In this document: positions 18,165-25,622 of the stretch, piece after piece
Layout: the number at the start of each line of letters is the position of its first letter
How positions within the stretch are numbered: position 1 is the stretch's first letter
Source: a virus
IMG/VR virus record: IMGVR_UViG_3300028197_001695
Span: 32,001 to 96,000 of that record
Strand: one strand, 5' to 3'
DNA length: 64,000 nt
Program-made: the position numbers and the translations under genes
The notes under the pieces: model-generated
What the model was told of the DNA's origin: nothing
The model's input: only the letters and a program-made list of their open reading frames with translations
Databases searched by the model: none

Positions 18165-18869
18165 ATGAAATTACTTAATCAAGGCAATGCCAAAACACTC
18201 AAGGGAGAAAAGGTTGGATTCCGCACGTTCGGTCTCCACCTTTCCCCTGCTACTAAATCAGGATACAACGTCTGCCAATGGGCAAGCGCGGGATGTCGTG
18301 CCGCTTGTTTAGATACAGCGGGGCGCGGTTGTATGTCCAACGTGCAAAATTCTAGAATCGCTAAAACTCAAAGGTTCTTCAAAGATAACTTTGGCTTCAT
18401 GTCGGATCTTCGAATTGAAATCGGTAAGGCTATCAAAAGCGCGGCAAGAAAAAGTCTTACTCCTTGTTTTCGTCTTAACCTTACAAGCGATATCCCTTGG
18501 GAGAATATGAAAAAGGGCGGTAAGACAAGTGTGATTGAAGAGTTCCCAAATGTGAATTTCTACGATTACACTAAAGGGTTTTATAGAATGAGGGCTTGGC
18601 TTGATGGCAAAATGCCTGACAACTACCATCTTACCTTTTCTCGCAGTGAGGAGACTAGTGATAACAAAATGAAAACAATCCTTGAGTTAGGAGGCAACGT
18701 CGCCGTTGTCTTCCGTGGTTCACTTCCTAAAACTTATCTTGGCTTTCCCGTCGTCGATGGTGACGAGAATGATCTGCGCTTCAAAGATAAAAAGGGCGTG
18801 ATCGTTGGATTGGTCGAGAAAGGTCTTGCAAAGAAAGACGAAACAGGTTTTGTTGTGGAGCCAAAATGA
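18165..18869 (+). CDS. Gene product 88 (GP88)-family protein
   Basis: LHLSPA...NVCQWASAGCRAACLDTAGRG, FRLNLTSDIPW, FYDYTK, YHLTFSRSE, VDGDENDLRF. Confidence 0.7.
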   Translation: MKLLNQGNAKTLKGEKVGFRTFGLHLSPATKSGYNVCQWASAGCRAACLDTAGRGCMSNVQNSRIAKTQRFFKDNFGFMSDLRIEIGKAIKSAARKSLTPCFRLNLTSDIPWENMKKGGKTSVIEEFPNVNFYDYTKGFYRMRAWLDGKMPDNYHLTFSRSEETSDNKMKTILELGGNVAVVFRGSLPKTYLGFPVVDGDENDLRFKDKKGVIVGLVEKGLAKKDETGFVVEPK

Positions 18870-18940
18870 TCAAAGGAGAATTAGAAACAGCGATAGTGCT
18901 TATAATGACGATTCTCGCCCTAATATTCAAAAAAAGATAA
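18866..18940 (+). CDS. 24-aa membrane peptide (not in ORF track)
   Basis: ATGA overlap with upstream stop; MIKGELETAIVLIMTILALIFKKR; the next gene starts 1 nt after its stop. Confidence 0.5.
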   Translation: MIKGELETAIVLIMTILALIFKKR

Positions 18941-18941
18941 A

Positions 18942-19163
18942 ATGCAGCAAAAAAACATTACTTACAGTGGAATGCCCGACAAGGCATATCGGGAAATCGT
19001 AAAGCAAGCGACAGGCTCAGGCCATTGCAACGTTTACCCAAAGAGGTTATCAAACCAAGTAAGCGAAGCTTGCGATGATTTCTTTAAGTCGAGGAATATA
19101 AAATATGGTTCCTCTTGGTTTCATAAACAAGCAGATAGGAAACAAGAACAAGCAAAAAGATGA
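18942..19163 (+). CDS. Hypothetical protein
   Basis: 73 aa in a tightly packed operon. Confidence 0.6.
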   Translation: MQQKNITYSGMPDKAYREIVKQATGSGHCNVYPKRLSNQVSEACDDFFKSRNIKYGSSWFHKQADRKQEQAKR

Positions 19164-19402
19164 ACCAAACACCAACAGTTAAATTGACAGGAGTATTCCC
19201 TAAAACATTTAGAGCAACTAAGTGTGAGACGGGGAGAGCAGATTGCAACTTTGAATATACTGACGAAAAGAAACAAGTTTTCTTTGAAGTGTGCTTACAT
19301 GGAGCGGTTTCACTGCATGAACATTTCACAGAGCTAGGTTATACAGAATTGGCCCCAAAATTAGAATTCCCAACTTGGCATCCTAACTACAAAAAAAGCT
19401 AA
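19160..19402 (+). CDS. Hypothetical protein
   Basis: 80 aa, ATGA overlap. Confidence 0.6.
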   Translation: MNQTPTVKLTGVFPKTFRATKCETGRADCNFEYTDEKKQVFFEVCLHGAVSLHEHFTELGYTELAPKLEFPTWHPNYKKS

Positions 19403-19406
19403 AACT

Positions 19407-19589
19407 ATGACAATAGAGGTAGAAAGAAAAGAAGTTTACGGTAATACCCTAACTTATGTAAAAAAAGAATCTGTCAGGAATTCTATAAAGAAACTAACAG
19501 GAAGAAAAACTTTAACTCACTATGACATTGAGGCTCTAAAAGAGTTGGGCTTTATCTTAGTCATTGAACAAGTAACAGAAAGAATTTAA
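19407..19589 (+). CDS. Hypothetical protein
   Basis: 60 aa; VYGNTLTY...LTGRKTLT...IEALKELG is a small-phage-protein pattern. Confidence 0.65.
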   Translation: MTIEVERKEVYGNTLTYVKKESVRNSIKKLTGRKTLTHYDIEALKELGFILVIEQVTERI

Positions 19590-19592
19590 ATT

Positions 19593-19883
19593 ATGATTAA
19601 AGAACACACAATGCCGTGCATCCACATGAATGGATCGGGCGAAGATAGTCTACGCAGACAATACAATGAATTGTTTTGCGCTGTAAGCGACGCTCAAGTC
19701 AAACTCCTTTATGATACAGACTTCCATGAGAGAGATTACTACCCTCTTGGGGATGAAGCTTGGGATAAAGCTTATCAAGAAAGAGAAGAAGTGAAGGAAG
19801 CCATGAACAAGGTTTACCAGTATGTCAAGCAGCATATGCACTTTCTCGACTATGGAAAGGAGCCGTTGCCAGATGAAAGTTAA
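19593..19883 (+). CDS. Hypothetical protein
   Basis: 96 aa; PCIHMNGS...FHERDYYP. Confidence 0.7.
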   Translation: MIKEHTMPCIHMNGSGEDSLRRQYNELFCAVSDAQVKLLYDTDFHERDYYPLGDEAWDKAYQEREEVKEAMNKVYQYVKQHMHFLDYGKEPLPDES

Positions 19884-19895
19884 ATAAAATGCTCC

Positions 19896-19970
19896 TAACT
19901 CGTTGACTATCAGCGAGTTAGAGGGCCGCGCCCCGCCGCGCCTCCTAAGTCCTTACTAATCAGTGGGTTA
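19896..19970. repeat. 75-bp tripartite element, copy 4
   Basis: TAACTCGTTG-ACTAT-CAGCGAGTTA / 25-bp GC spacer / TAAGTCCTTA-CTAAT-CAGTGGGTTA. Confidence 0.9.
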
Positions 19971-20149
19971 CAGTGCTTTTTTTCAATCCCTTTCACTTGC
20001 TGATAATTAGTTAGTTGTGTAATCGGGTTTTGTTTATTTGTTGCTCACCAAAAAAACGGGCATCTGAGGCTTGCTTTTATTTGCTTATATTTGGAATAAA
20101 ATTCGACATCTTTGCTTGCTTTATTACTATACACTACTATAATGAACAC

Positions 20150-20266
20150 ATGAGAGATCGAGAACGCGCTTTCTTTGAGAATGTAGTATTTACCTGCTTA
20201 GTTTTATTAAGTTGTATTATTTCAACCTTCGGGGTTTACAAATTTTTTGGTTTATTTGTTAACTGA
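20150..20266 (+). CDS. 38-aa membrane peptide, leaderless
   Basis: TTGCTT-16-TATAAT-6-ATG; one hydrophobic helix; followed by a hairpin at 20287-20324. Confidence 0.65.
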   Translation: MRDRERAFFENVVFTCLVLLSCIISTFGVYKFFGLFVN

Positions 20267-20419
20267 TCTTGCTGACATAACATAATACCCGTCCTCCTTT
20301 TTTTGGTTTCTAAGGGGGGCGGGTTCTTTATTTGGCACTTATTTAGCCCAAAATCCTACAACCTTGGGGCTTATTATTTAGAATAATATTTGGCAAACTT
20401 GCCTCTTCTAGCAGTTAGC

Positions 20420-20515
20420 TCATGTATGACCACAGCCAATTAAACAAAGAATAATCAGTATTCCACTACAAGCTACTAGCCCCAAAAGTACCAATTTATT
20501 TATTTTATGTTGCAT
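20420..20515 (-). CDS. 31-aa hydrophobic, possibly lipidated peptide (not in ORF track)
   Basis: MQHKINKLVLLGLVACSGILIILCLIGCGHT; ATG 9 nt after a GTGTAA motif. Confidence 0.5.
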   Translation of the reverse strand: MQHKINKLVLLGLVACSGILIILCLIGCGHT

Positions 20516-20542
20516 GCAATAATATTACACAGTAAGCGGGGC

Positions 20543-20731
20543 TTATTTGTTTTTATTCTTTTTTGCCTGTAGCTTCTTTATCTTACTATAGAATTTTCCT
20601 TTATTTGAGTTATCAACCATGCAGTCTCCAAAGGGTTGCTTATTATTTAATCCAAATATTTCTCTTAGCCTCTCTGTTTGTGCCTCATCTAGATTTACAT
20701 CGAATTTATTTTGTTCGCTATCTTCTTGCAT
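20543..20731 (-). CDS. Hypothetical protein
   Basis: 62 aa; TATAAT 5 nt before the ATG. Confidence 0.55.
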   Translation of the reverse strand: MQEDSEQNKFDVNLDEAQTERLREIFGLNNKQPFGDCMVDNSNKGKFYSKIKKLQAKKNKNK

Positions 20732-20780
20732 ATAGTATTATATAAAAAGCAGCAGGGCGGGGCTATTGTTATTTGAAAAA

Positions 20781-20831
20781 ATATTTGGTAACCTTCTGCA
20801 ACCTTTGGTAACCTTTTGCAACCTTTTGGTA
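20781..20831 (+). repeat. 10/20-bp periodic tandem repeat
   Basis: atatttggta-accttctgca-acctttggta-accttttgca-accttttggt-a. Confidence 0.85.
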
Positions 20832-20837
20832 TCGCGC

Positions 20838-20865
20838 TTGACATTACTAGCTTATTTGCTATGAT
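20838..20865 (+). promoter_or_regulatory. Near-consensus sigma70 promoter with no convincing downstream gene
   Basis: TTGACA-16-TATGAT, pointing into T-rich non-coding DNA. Confidence 0.55.
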
Positions 20866-21317
20866 GTAACCAAATTGTGCTTGGTTTGGGGCCAGCTTTT
20901 ATTTGCTTTTATTTGCTTAAAGTTACAGAAACGGGCTTTTATTTGGTTTTTTTTAGAAAAATAGGTGTTTGCTTTGTGTCTGACTAGGGTAAAATATTAC
21001 TTATTATAAAAAAATATTACAAGCGGGGCTAGTTTTATAAAATTTTGTTTGCTCAGAGGCCATTTGGGTTGCTTTTGTTTGTTTTTGTTGGCTATTCGGG
21101 GGCAAAATATACCAAGCTTACCATTATTTATTATTTAGAGCAACAGCCACTATCCTATTATCCATTCCTATATCCATTAATATCTGGTATAACCCTTATT
21201 TTATCTTGTTTTCTTATTGTATTTGTATTATGTATTACTCTATGTATTACCTTGTGGTATACTGTATAAAAAGGAATAAAAACTAAGGTATAAATAAAAA
21301 GAATAAATTATTATAAT

Positions 21318-21962
21318 TTATTGTAAATTATACTTATCTACCCAACCTAGTCTCTCTATTCTATCTTCAAGATATTGTTTGGCCCAGACTAACATCTCTG
21401 GGGAAGGAGCATGTTCATCGTTGTGGGAATGTCTGAATTCTTGGTCTTTGAGTCTGGGATCTGTTTCTGCTGCTATACGGACTGCTACAGCTTTATCTTT
21501 GTCAGATTTATTGAAATGACCAAGGTTAAGAAGCTTGCTATTATGTTTAATACCCGACTTATACTTCTTTTCTGTTTTGCACCAATAAACCCCAATTACC
21601 CCGCTAGTATTATCTTTTCGTTTCTTAGCATTATCTTGGTTTTGTTTATAGGTAGCTAGCCTAAGATTCCAAATCTTATTGTTTGCTGCATCCCCATCTA
21701 TATGATCAACAAACTTTTCTTCTGGATCTATCCCCTTACATAAAAAGTAGACTACTCTATTCACACAATATTTTTTACCATTAAACTCAACTCTAAAGTA
21801 TCCTGTTTCTAAGAGAGTGCCAGCTTCTTTGCCTTTTACAAAGTTGTTCCCCCTATTACACCTCCAAACAAGCCCAGTTTTTGATTCTTCACTGTAAGCA
21901 ACATAATCTCCTATGTCTTTGGGGATTGGTGTGCATTTTTTTCTTGATGTTCCCGTTCTCAT
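21318..21962 (-). CDS. HNH homing endonuclease with AP2-like domain
   Basis: VDHIDGDAANNKIWNLRLAT...N, then NTSGVIGVYW...KYKSGIKHNSKLLNLGHF. Confidence 0.85.
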   Translation of the reverse strand: MRTGTSRKKCTPIPKDIGDYVAYSEESKTGLVWRCNRGNNFVKGKEAGTLLETGYFRVEFNGKKYCVNRVVYFLCKGIDPEEKFVDHIDGDAANNKIWNLRLATYKQNQDNAKKRKDNTSGVIGVYWCKTEKKYKSGIKHNSKLLNLGHFNKSDKDKAVAVRIAAETDPRLKDQEFRHSHNDEHAPSPEMLVWAKQYLEDRIERLGWVDKYNLQ

Positions 21963-22381
21963 ATTTTTTTAAGGTATTTAATAGCACTGTAAAGCAATTC
22001 AACATTATCTTTGAAATTACCTATGCTTCTATTGCAGTTGTGACACAGCCAACCACGAAATTCTTTTGTTTTATGATCGTGATCACAAACCCAAGGCCCA
22101 AGTCTTAATCCACCTTTTCCTTTGACTTCTTCTCCTGTCCCACTGCAAATTGGGCAAGTATGATCTTCTGGAGGGGGAGGAGTGGATATCCGAAGATCTC
22201 TCCTTTCTTTCCCTAACCTTTTTTCACACTCTTTGCATTCAGTTCTTCTATAAGCCCCTCTATCACGGAACCTGAACGAGTCTACAGGTCTATGTTTGCC
22301 ACATTTTTCGCAGAATTTTGTTTCTACATCTGGCTTAACAGAATAAAAACTACGGAAAAACTCCAATTGATCAGAACTCAT
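21959..22381 (-). CDS. Endonuclease VII-family nuclease with N-terminal zinc finger
   Basis: CPIC...VCDHDHKT...RGWLCHNCN..IG.FKDN..LL..AI.YL. Confidence 0.85.
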   Translation of the reverse strand: MSSDQLEFFRSFYSVKPDVETKFCEKCGKHRPVDSFRFRDRGAYRRTECKECEKRLGKERRDLRISTPPPPEDHTCPICSGTGEEVKGKGGLRLGPWVCDHDHKTKEFRGWLCHNCNRSIGNFKDNVELLYSAIKYLKKI

Positions 22382-22390
22382 TGCATTATT

Positions 22391-22747
22391 CTATATCTTC
22401 ACCCAGTTCTTATCAAGAGACAATTTAAATGAACCTAAGTGTTTTTGGCCCCATTCTTCTGGTTTAATCATAGATAATACATTCTTACCCCGAATCTCAT
22501 ATAAATAATAAGTTTCTCCTACTATTGGCTCGAAATTAAATTCTGCTTCATATATTATCCTATCCCAGTTGTATTGATCTATTACTCTATCATACTCTTC
22601 TTTTAGCTGTATCAGCTTCTGCTGAGTGTCTCTCTCTATACTAGAAATCCCCTGCGACTTGAATGAAGTAAGGTCATTCTTGATTATCGGAGGAGATAAA
22701 GTAGAGACTGGATATGATAGAAAAGCTGAACCAGTTACATCGTTCAT
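22391..22747 (-). CDS. DUF2452-like protein
   Basis: YP...SP.I...F+, IYEAEFNFEPIVGETYYLYE, LSMIKPEEW. Confidence 0.7.
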   Translation of the reverse strand: MNDVTGSAFLSYPVSTLSPPIIKNDLTSFKSQGISSIERDTQQKLIQLKEEYDRVIDQYNWDRIIYEAEFNFEPIVGETYYLYEIRGKNVLSMIKPEEWGQKHLGSFKLSLDKNWVKI

Positions 22748-22757
22748 TCCTTATTAA

Positions 22758-23588
22758 TTATTTTAATTTACAAAAACATCTTGATAGACCTTCTTCAATT
22801 GACACCAAGGGCTTAAAACCTAAATCTTTTTTTGTCTCAGTTATATCTGCCAAAGAGTGCCTTACATCCCCTTCTCTCTTCGGAGAGTTCTCCCATTTAA
22901 CATTATGCCTTTGATTTATAAAATCTCTTATGTAATTCATTGAGACCGATTCTCCAGAGCCTACATCATAAACCTTACCCCCAAACCAATCTTCTGATTC
23001 CATAGCGCAAATATTTGCTAAAACAATATCTTCAACATGAACAAGGTCACGAGTTTGCTCCCCATCTCCATCCATACGCAAAGGCTTTCCTTCTTGTATC
23101 ATTTCCATCCATGCACCAATCGCTGTTGAATAAGATCCACTATAGCTTTGGTCTTCAGAGTAAGCGTTAAAGTAACGAAGACAAACTGTATCTAAACCAT
23201 ATAATTGAGAAAATAACTTACATTCCATTTCTGAAACTAACTTATGTAGTCCATAAGGAGAACAAGAAACACCATCTCTATTGCCATTTGCAGCACTTGA
23301 AGAACTAAAAATAACACGCTTTACATCATGATTTGTCGCCCACTCCAAAAGTGTCGAAGTCACAAGAACATTTTGTTTCATTGTGTAAGACGGATTACGA
23401 ACAGAAAACTCAACTCTTGGCTCAGCAGCAAGGTGGAAGACATAATCAAAATCTTCATCAGGTAAGCAATGAAGGACATCTTCATTATCTTTTTTGTCTA
23501 TACCTCGCACATCATGACCCAAAGATTTTAATTTATGAAATATGTGACCTCCAATATACCCTTTATGACCAGTTACTAATATCTTCAT
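22758..23588 (-). CDS. NAD-dependent nucleotide-sugar epimerase/dehydratase
   Basis: TGHKGYIG, SSS, YGLHK (YxxxK), LRYFNAY, GDGEQTRD, REGDVRHS. Confidence 0.9.
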   Translation of the reverse strand: MKILVTGHKGYIGGHIFHKLKSLGHDVRGIDKKDNEDVLHCLPDEDFDYVFHLAAEPRVEFSVRNPSYTMKQNVLVTSTLLEWATNHDVKRVIFSSSSAANGNRDGVSCSPYGLHKLVSEMECKLFSQLYGLDTVCLRYFNAYSEDQSYSGSYSTAIGAWMEMIQEGKPLRMDGDGEQTRDLVHVEDIVLANICAMESEDWFGGKVYDVGSGESVSMNYIRDFINQRHNVKWENSPKREGDVRHSLADITETKKDLGFKPLVSIEEGLSRCFCKLK

Positions 23589-23612
23589 GATTACTCTAAT
23601 AAATATAAAAAT

Positions 23613-24212
23613 TTAAATCGGCCAAGAAAATCCTTTTTCTACATCAATCTTAACTCCAAAAACCCTAGATCTCCATAATACCGATCCAACCTGTGCATCT
23701 TCAAAAATACAATAATCCTCTTTAAGTCCATGATTTGCTACAATAGAAGCCGCTCTTTTGGATAAAAAATACGCTCCTCCCATACAATAGATTACTCTTG
23801 GGACAAAAAACTTCACGTCATTTAATTCTTCACTTTCACATTTCCCGAAATGCCAATCAGAACTGTAATCACCTCGAACTAAGAGGCCAGAATAATCATT
23901 TTTTGAAGCGTCTTTAACAATTTTGTCGAAACCATCTAAGAAAACTACATCGTCATCTGTTTTCAGGAGTAAGTCGAAATCTTTATTTTCAACCGCCCAC
24001 TTTACAGCCATCATGCTTTTTACACTTAGACTTTCATAATTATCTGGGCAAGGCAAATAAACTACTTTCCCTTTAACCAAAGGAGAGGACAATGAAGGAT
24101 CACCAATGAAATACATGTGGTCTCCAAGCCTAGAAGTATCTTGAGACAACATTTTGTGCCTATACTTCTCACAAGATAAAATTATTGTAAATAATCGGTC
24201 CTTTGGTTCCAT
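23613..24212 (-). CDS. GT31-family (beta-1,3-galactosyltransferase-like) glycosyltransferase
   Basis: LLKTDDDV, YCMGGAYFLS, EDAQVG. Confidence 0.8.
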   Translation of the reverse strand: MEPKDRLFTIILSCEKYRHKMLSQDTSRLGDHMYFIGDPSLSSPLVKGKVVYLPCPDNYESLSVKSMMAVKWAVENKDFDLLLKTDDDVVFLDGFDKIVKDASKNDYSGLLVRGDYSSDWHFGKCESEELNDVKFFVPRVIYCMGGAYFLSKRAASIVANHGLKEDYCIFEDAQVGSVLWRSRVFGVKIDVEKGFSWPI

Positions 24213-24214
24213 TA

Positions 24215-25477
24215 TTAAAATTTAAGCTTAATCGCTCTGGAAGTCCCTGCTAGCCCAAGGAAAACTTCTTTGCCTTTAACTGTAGCGCAAGTAGAGTAAC
24301 CAGTTCCAAGACTCATTATCCCAGAACCCTCTTTTGCTGTTGGCCAACCATCCATAAACTGATACTCATAGTCTTCCCATTGGATCTCCTGAGTGAGAGG
24401 ATTAACCCTAAAACATTTAGTATCTCCCCAGAATGCGCTGTAAAGCCAACCATCAGGGGCGAGGTAACCGTGGAAGTTTTTATTTTTATTGGCTACCTTC
24501 AAGTATCCTTCTGGCAAGTCTATCTCTTCATAACTATCATCAGCACAATTAATAATTAAAATCTTTTTGCCCGTCCTTGGTAAACAAAATACCTTATTAA
24601 CACTCTTGACATATGTAGCCCCAACATACTTAACACTAAATCCAGAAACCCCAGATTTAATAGGATCACCTTCTAACAAGAAAGAATTACCATTCTTATC
24701 TATCTTGAGAATTTTGCTTCCTAAAGCTGGTGGCATATAAATGTTTCCATCTGGATCTGCTGCTGCTCCCCACACATGACTAAAGAATCCTATTTGTGGA
24801 GGAGTGAATGAACCAATCTCACCCGTTTTAGTATCCAAGGTATAAATTTTTAATGTCTTTGTATAAGATGGCATATAAATAATACCATTTGCTCCCTCTG
24901 CTCCAGATCTAACTTGAGGACAAGAGCTAAATTTCTTTTCTAAAGTAATCTCTCCCGTTGACCTTTTTAACTTAGCTATAGAAGTCGAATACGCTGGTAA
25001 AAAATAAGTATAGCCATCAGAAGCTTCTACATTACCTATAAAGCCATGACTACCTTGAAGGTTTCTCTTAATAGAATCAGTAAGAGTATCTGTCTCAATA
25101 TACATATCGGACTTATAGCCTAACGAATGGATAACCCCGCTGTCATCCATCGCCATCGTGCGAGTCTTTGTCAGATTACCTCTGATCTCGCCTTTTAAAT
25201 ATTCCAGCTTTGGCCAAGATGTTTTTGATGAATCTAAAAAAAAACCTTCCGCACTCGACTCCGCACTCGACTCCGCACTCGACTCCGCACTCGACTCCGC
25301 ACTCGACTCCGCACTGGTTTCCCAAGGTGGTTCAGAACTTGATTCAGCACTAGAAACTTCCGCCTCAGCACTAGAAATAAGCTCAGAGCTTGATAAGTGA
25401 TTTTTTAATTGTTTTAATTGATCCACTGAAGTCTCTAATGAGTCAATTACTGAGGAGATTTGGTCTGAAGTTTTCAT
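24215..25477 (-). CDS. Beta-propeller-like protein with Ser-rich (SAES)n linker
   Basis: Repeating G-x-I-Y-x-x-P blades (DGYTYFLP, NGIIYMP, DGNIYMPP, DGWLYS); start set to ATG 25477 behind TTGACA-17-TAGAAT. Confidence 0.65.
   Translation of the reverse strand: MKTSDQISSVIDSLETSVDQLKQLKNHLSSSELISSAEAEVSSAESSSEPPWETSAESSAESSAESSAESSAESSAEGFFLDSSKTSWPKLEYLKGEIRGNLTKTRTMAMDDSGVIHSLGYKSDMYIETDTLTDSIKRNLQGSHGFIGNVEASDGYTYFLPAYSTSIAKLKRSTGEITLEKKFSSCPQVRSGAEGANGIIYMPSYTKTLKIYTLDTKTGEIGSFTPPQIGFFSHVWGAAADPDGNIYMPPALGSKILKIDKNGNSFLLEGDPIKSGVSGFSVKYVGATYVKSVNKVFCLPRTGKKILIINCADDSYEEIDLPEGYLKVANKNKNFHGYLAPDGWLYSAFWGDTKCFRVNPLTQEIQWEDYEYQFMDGWPTAKEGSGIMSLGTGYSTCATVKGKEVFLGLAGTSRAIKLKF
25249..25315. repeat. 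Perfect in-frame 12-bp tandem repeat
   Basis: CCGCACTCGACT x5 plus CCGCACT; encodes SAES repeats on the minus strand. Confidence 0.95.
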
Positions 25478-25524
25478 GCTAACATATTCTAACAAAAGTT
25501 CGTGCAATTGTCAAGTTAATTCGT

Positions 25525-25600
25525 TGGTGCGCCCGACCGGACTTGAACCGATAACCAAGGGTTTATGAGACCCCTGCTCTAACCATTGAGCTACAGGCGC
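25525..25600 (-). tRNA. tRNA with CAT anticodon, probably Ile2 (lysidine) rather than Met
   Basis: 76-nt cloverleaf GCGCCTG...CTCATAA...GGTTCAAGTCC...CGGGCGCACCA with encoded CCA; C4-G69/C5-G68 acceptor pairs and D-loop resemble Ile2. Confidence 0.9.
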
Positions 25601-25622
25601 ATTATCATTCTGTCTAGTGATT

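Noticed and set aside
14447-19970. The 75-bp elements as a CRISPR array
   Set aside because: The intervening 25-mers resemble each other instead of being unique, copies are kilobases apart, and no cas genes are present.
14447-19970. The 75-bp elements as integron attC sites (TAAC...GTTA ends, GC-rich core)
   Set aside because: The ends do not fit RYYYAAC/GTTRRRY, the fold lacks the extrahelical bases, the genes carry their own promoters, and no IntI is seen. Recombination by another enzyme remains open.
19971-21100. TATTTG motif as Bacteroidota TAnnTTTG promoters
   Set aside because: Most copies lack the leading TA and are not placed before genes; the real early promoters are TTGnnn/TAnnnT type.
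21045-21269. 74-aa hydrophobic ORF on the plus strand
   Set aside because: TTG start, no linked expression signal at the right distance, and the hydrophobicity follows from the T-rich DNA. Probably spurious.
25249-25315. 12-bp repeat as a mini-CRISPR or iteron set
   Set aside because: It has no spacers and lies in frame within a CDS, encoding SAES.
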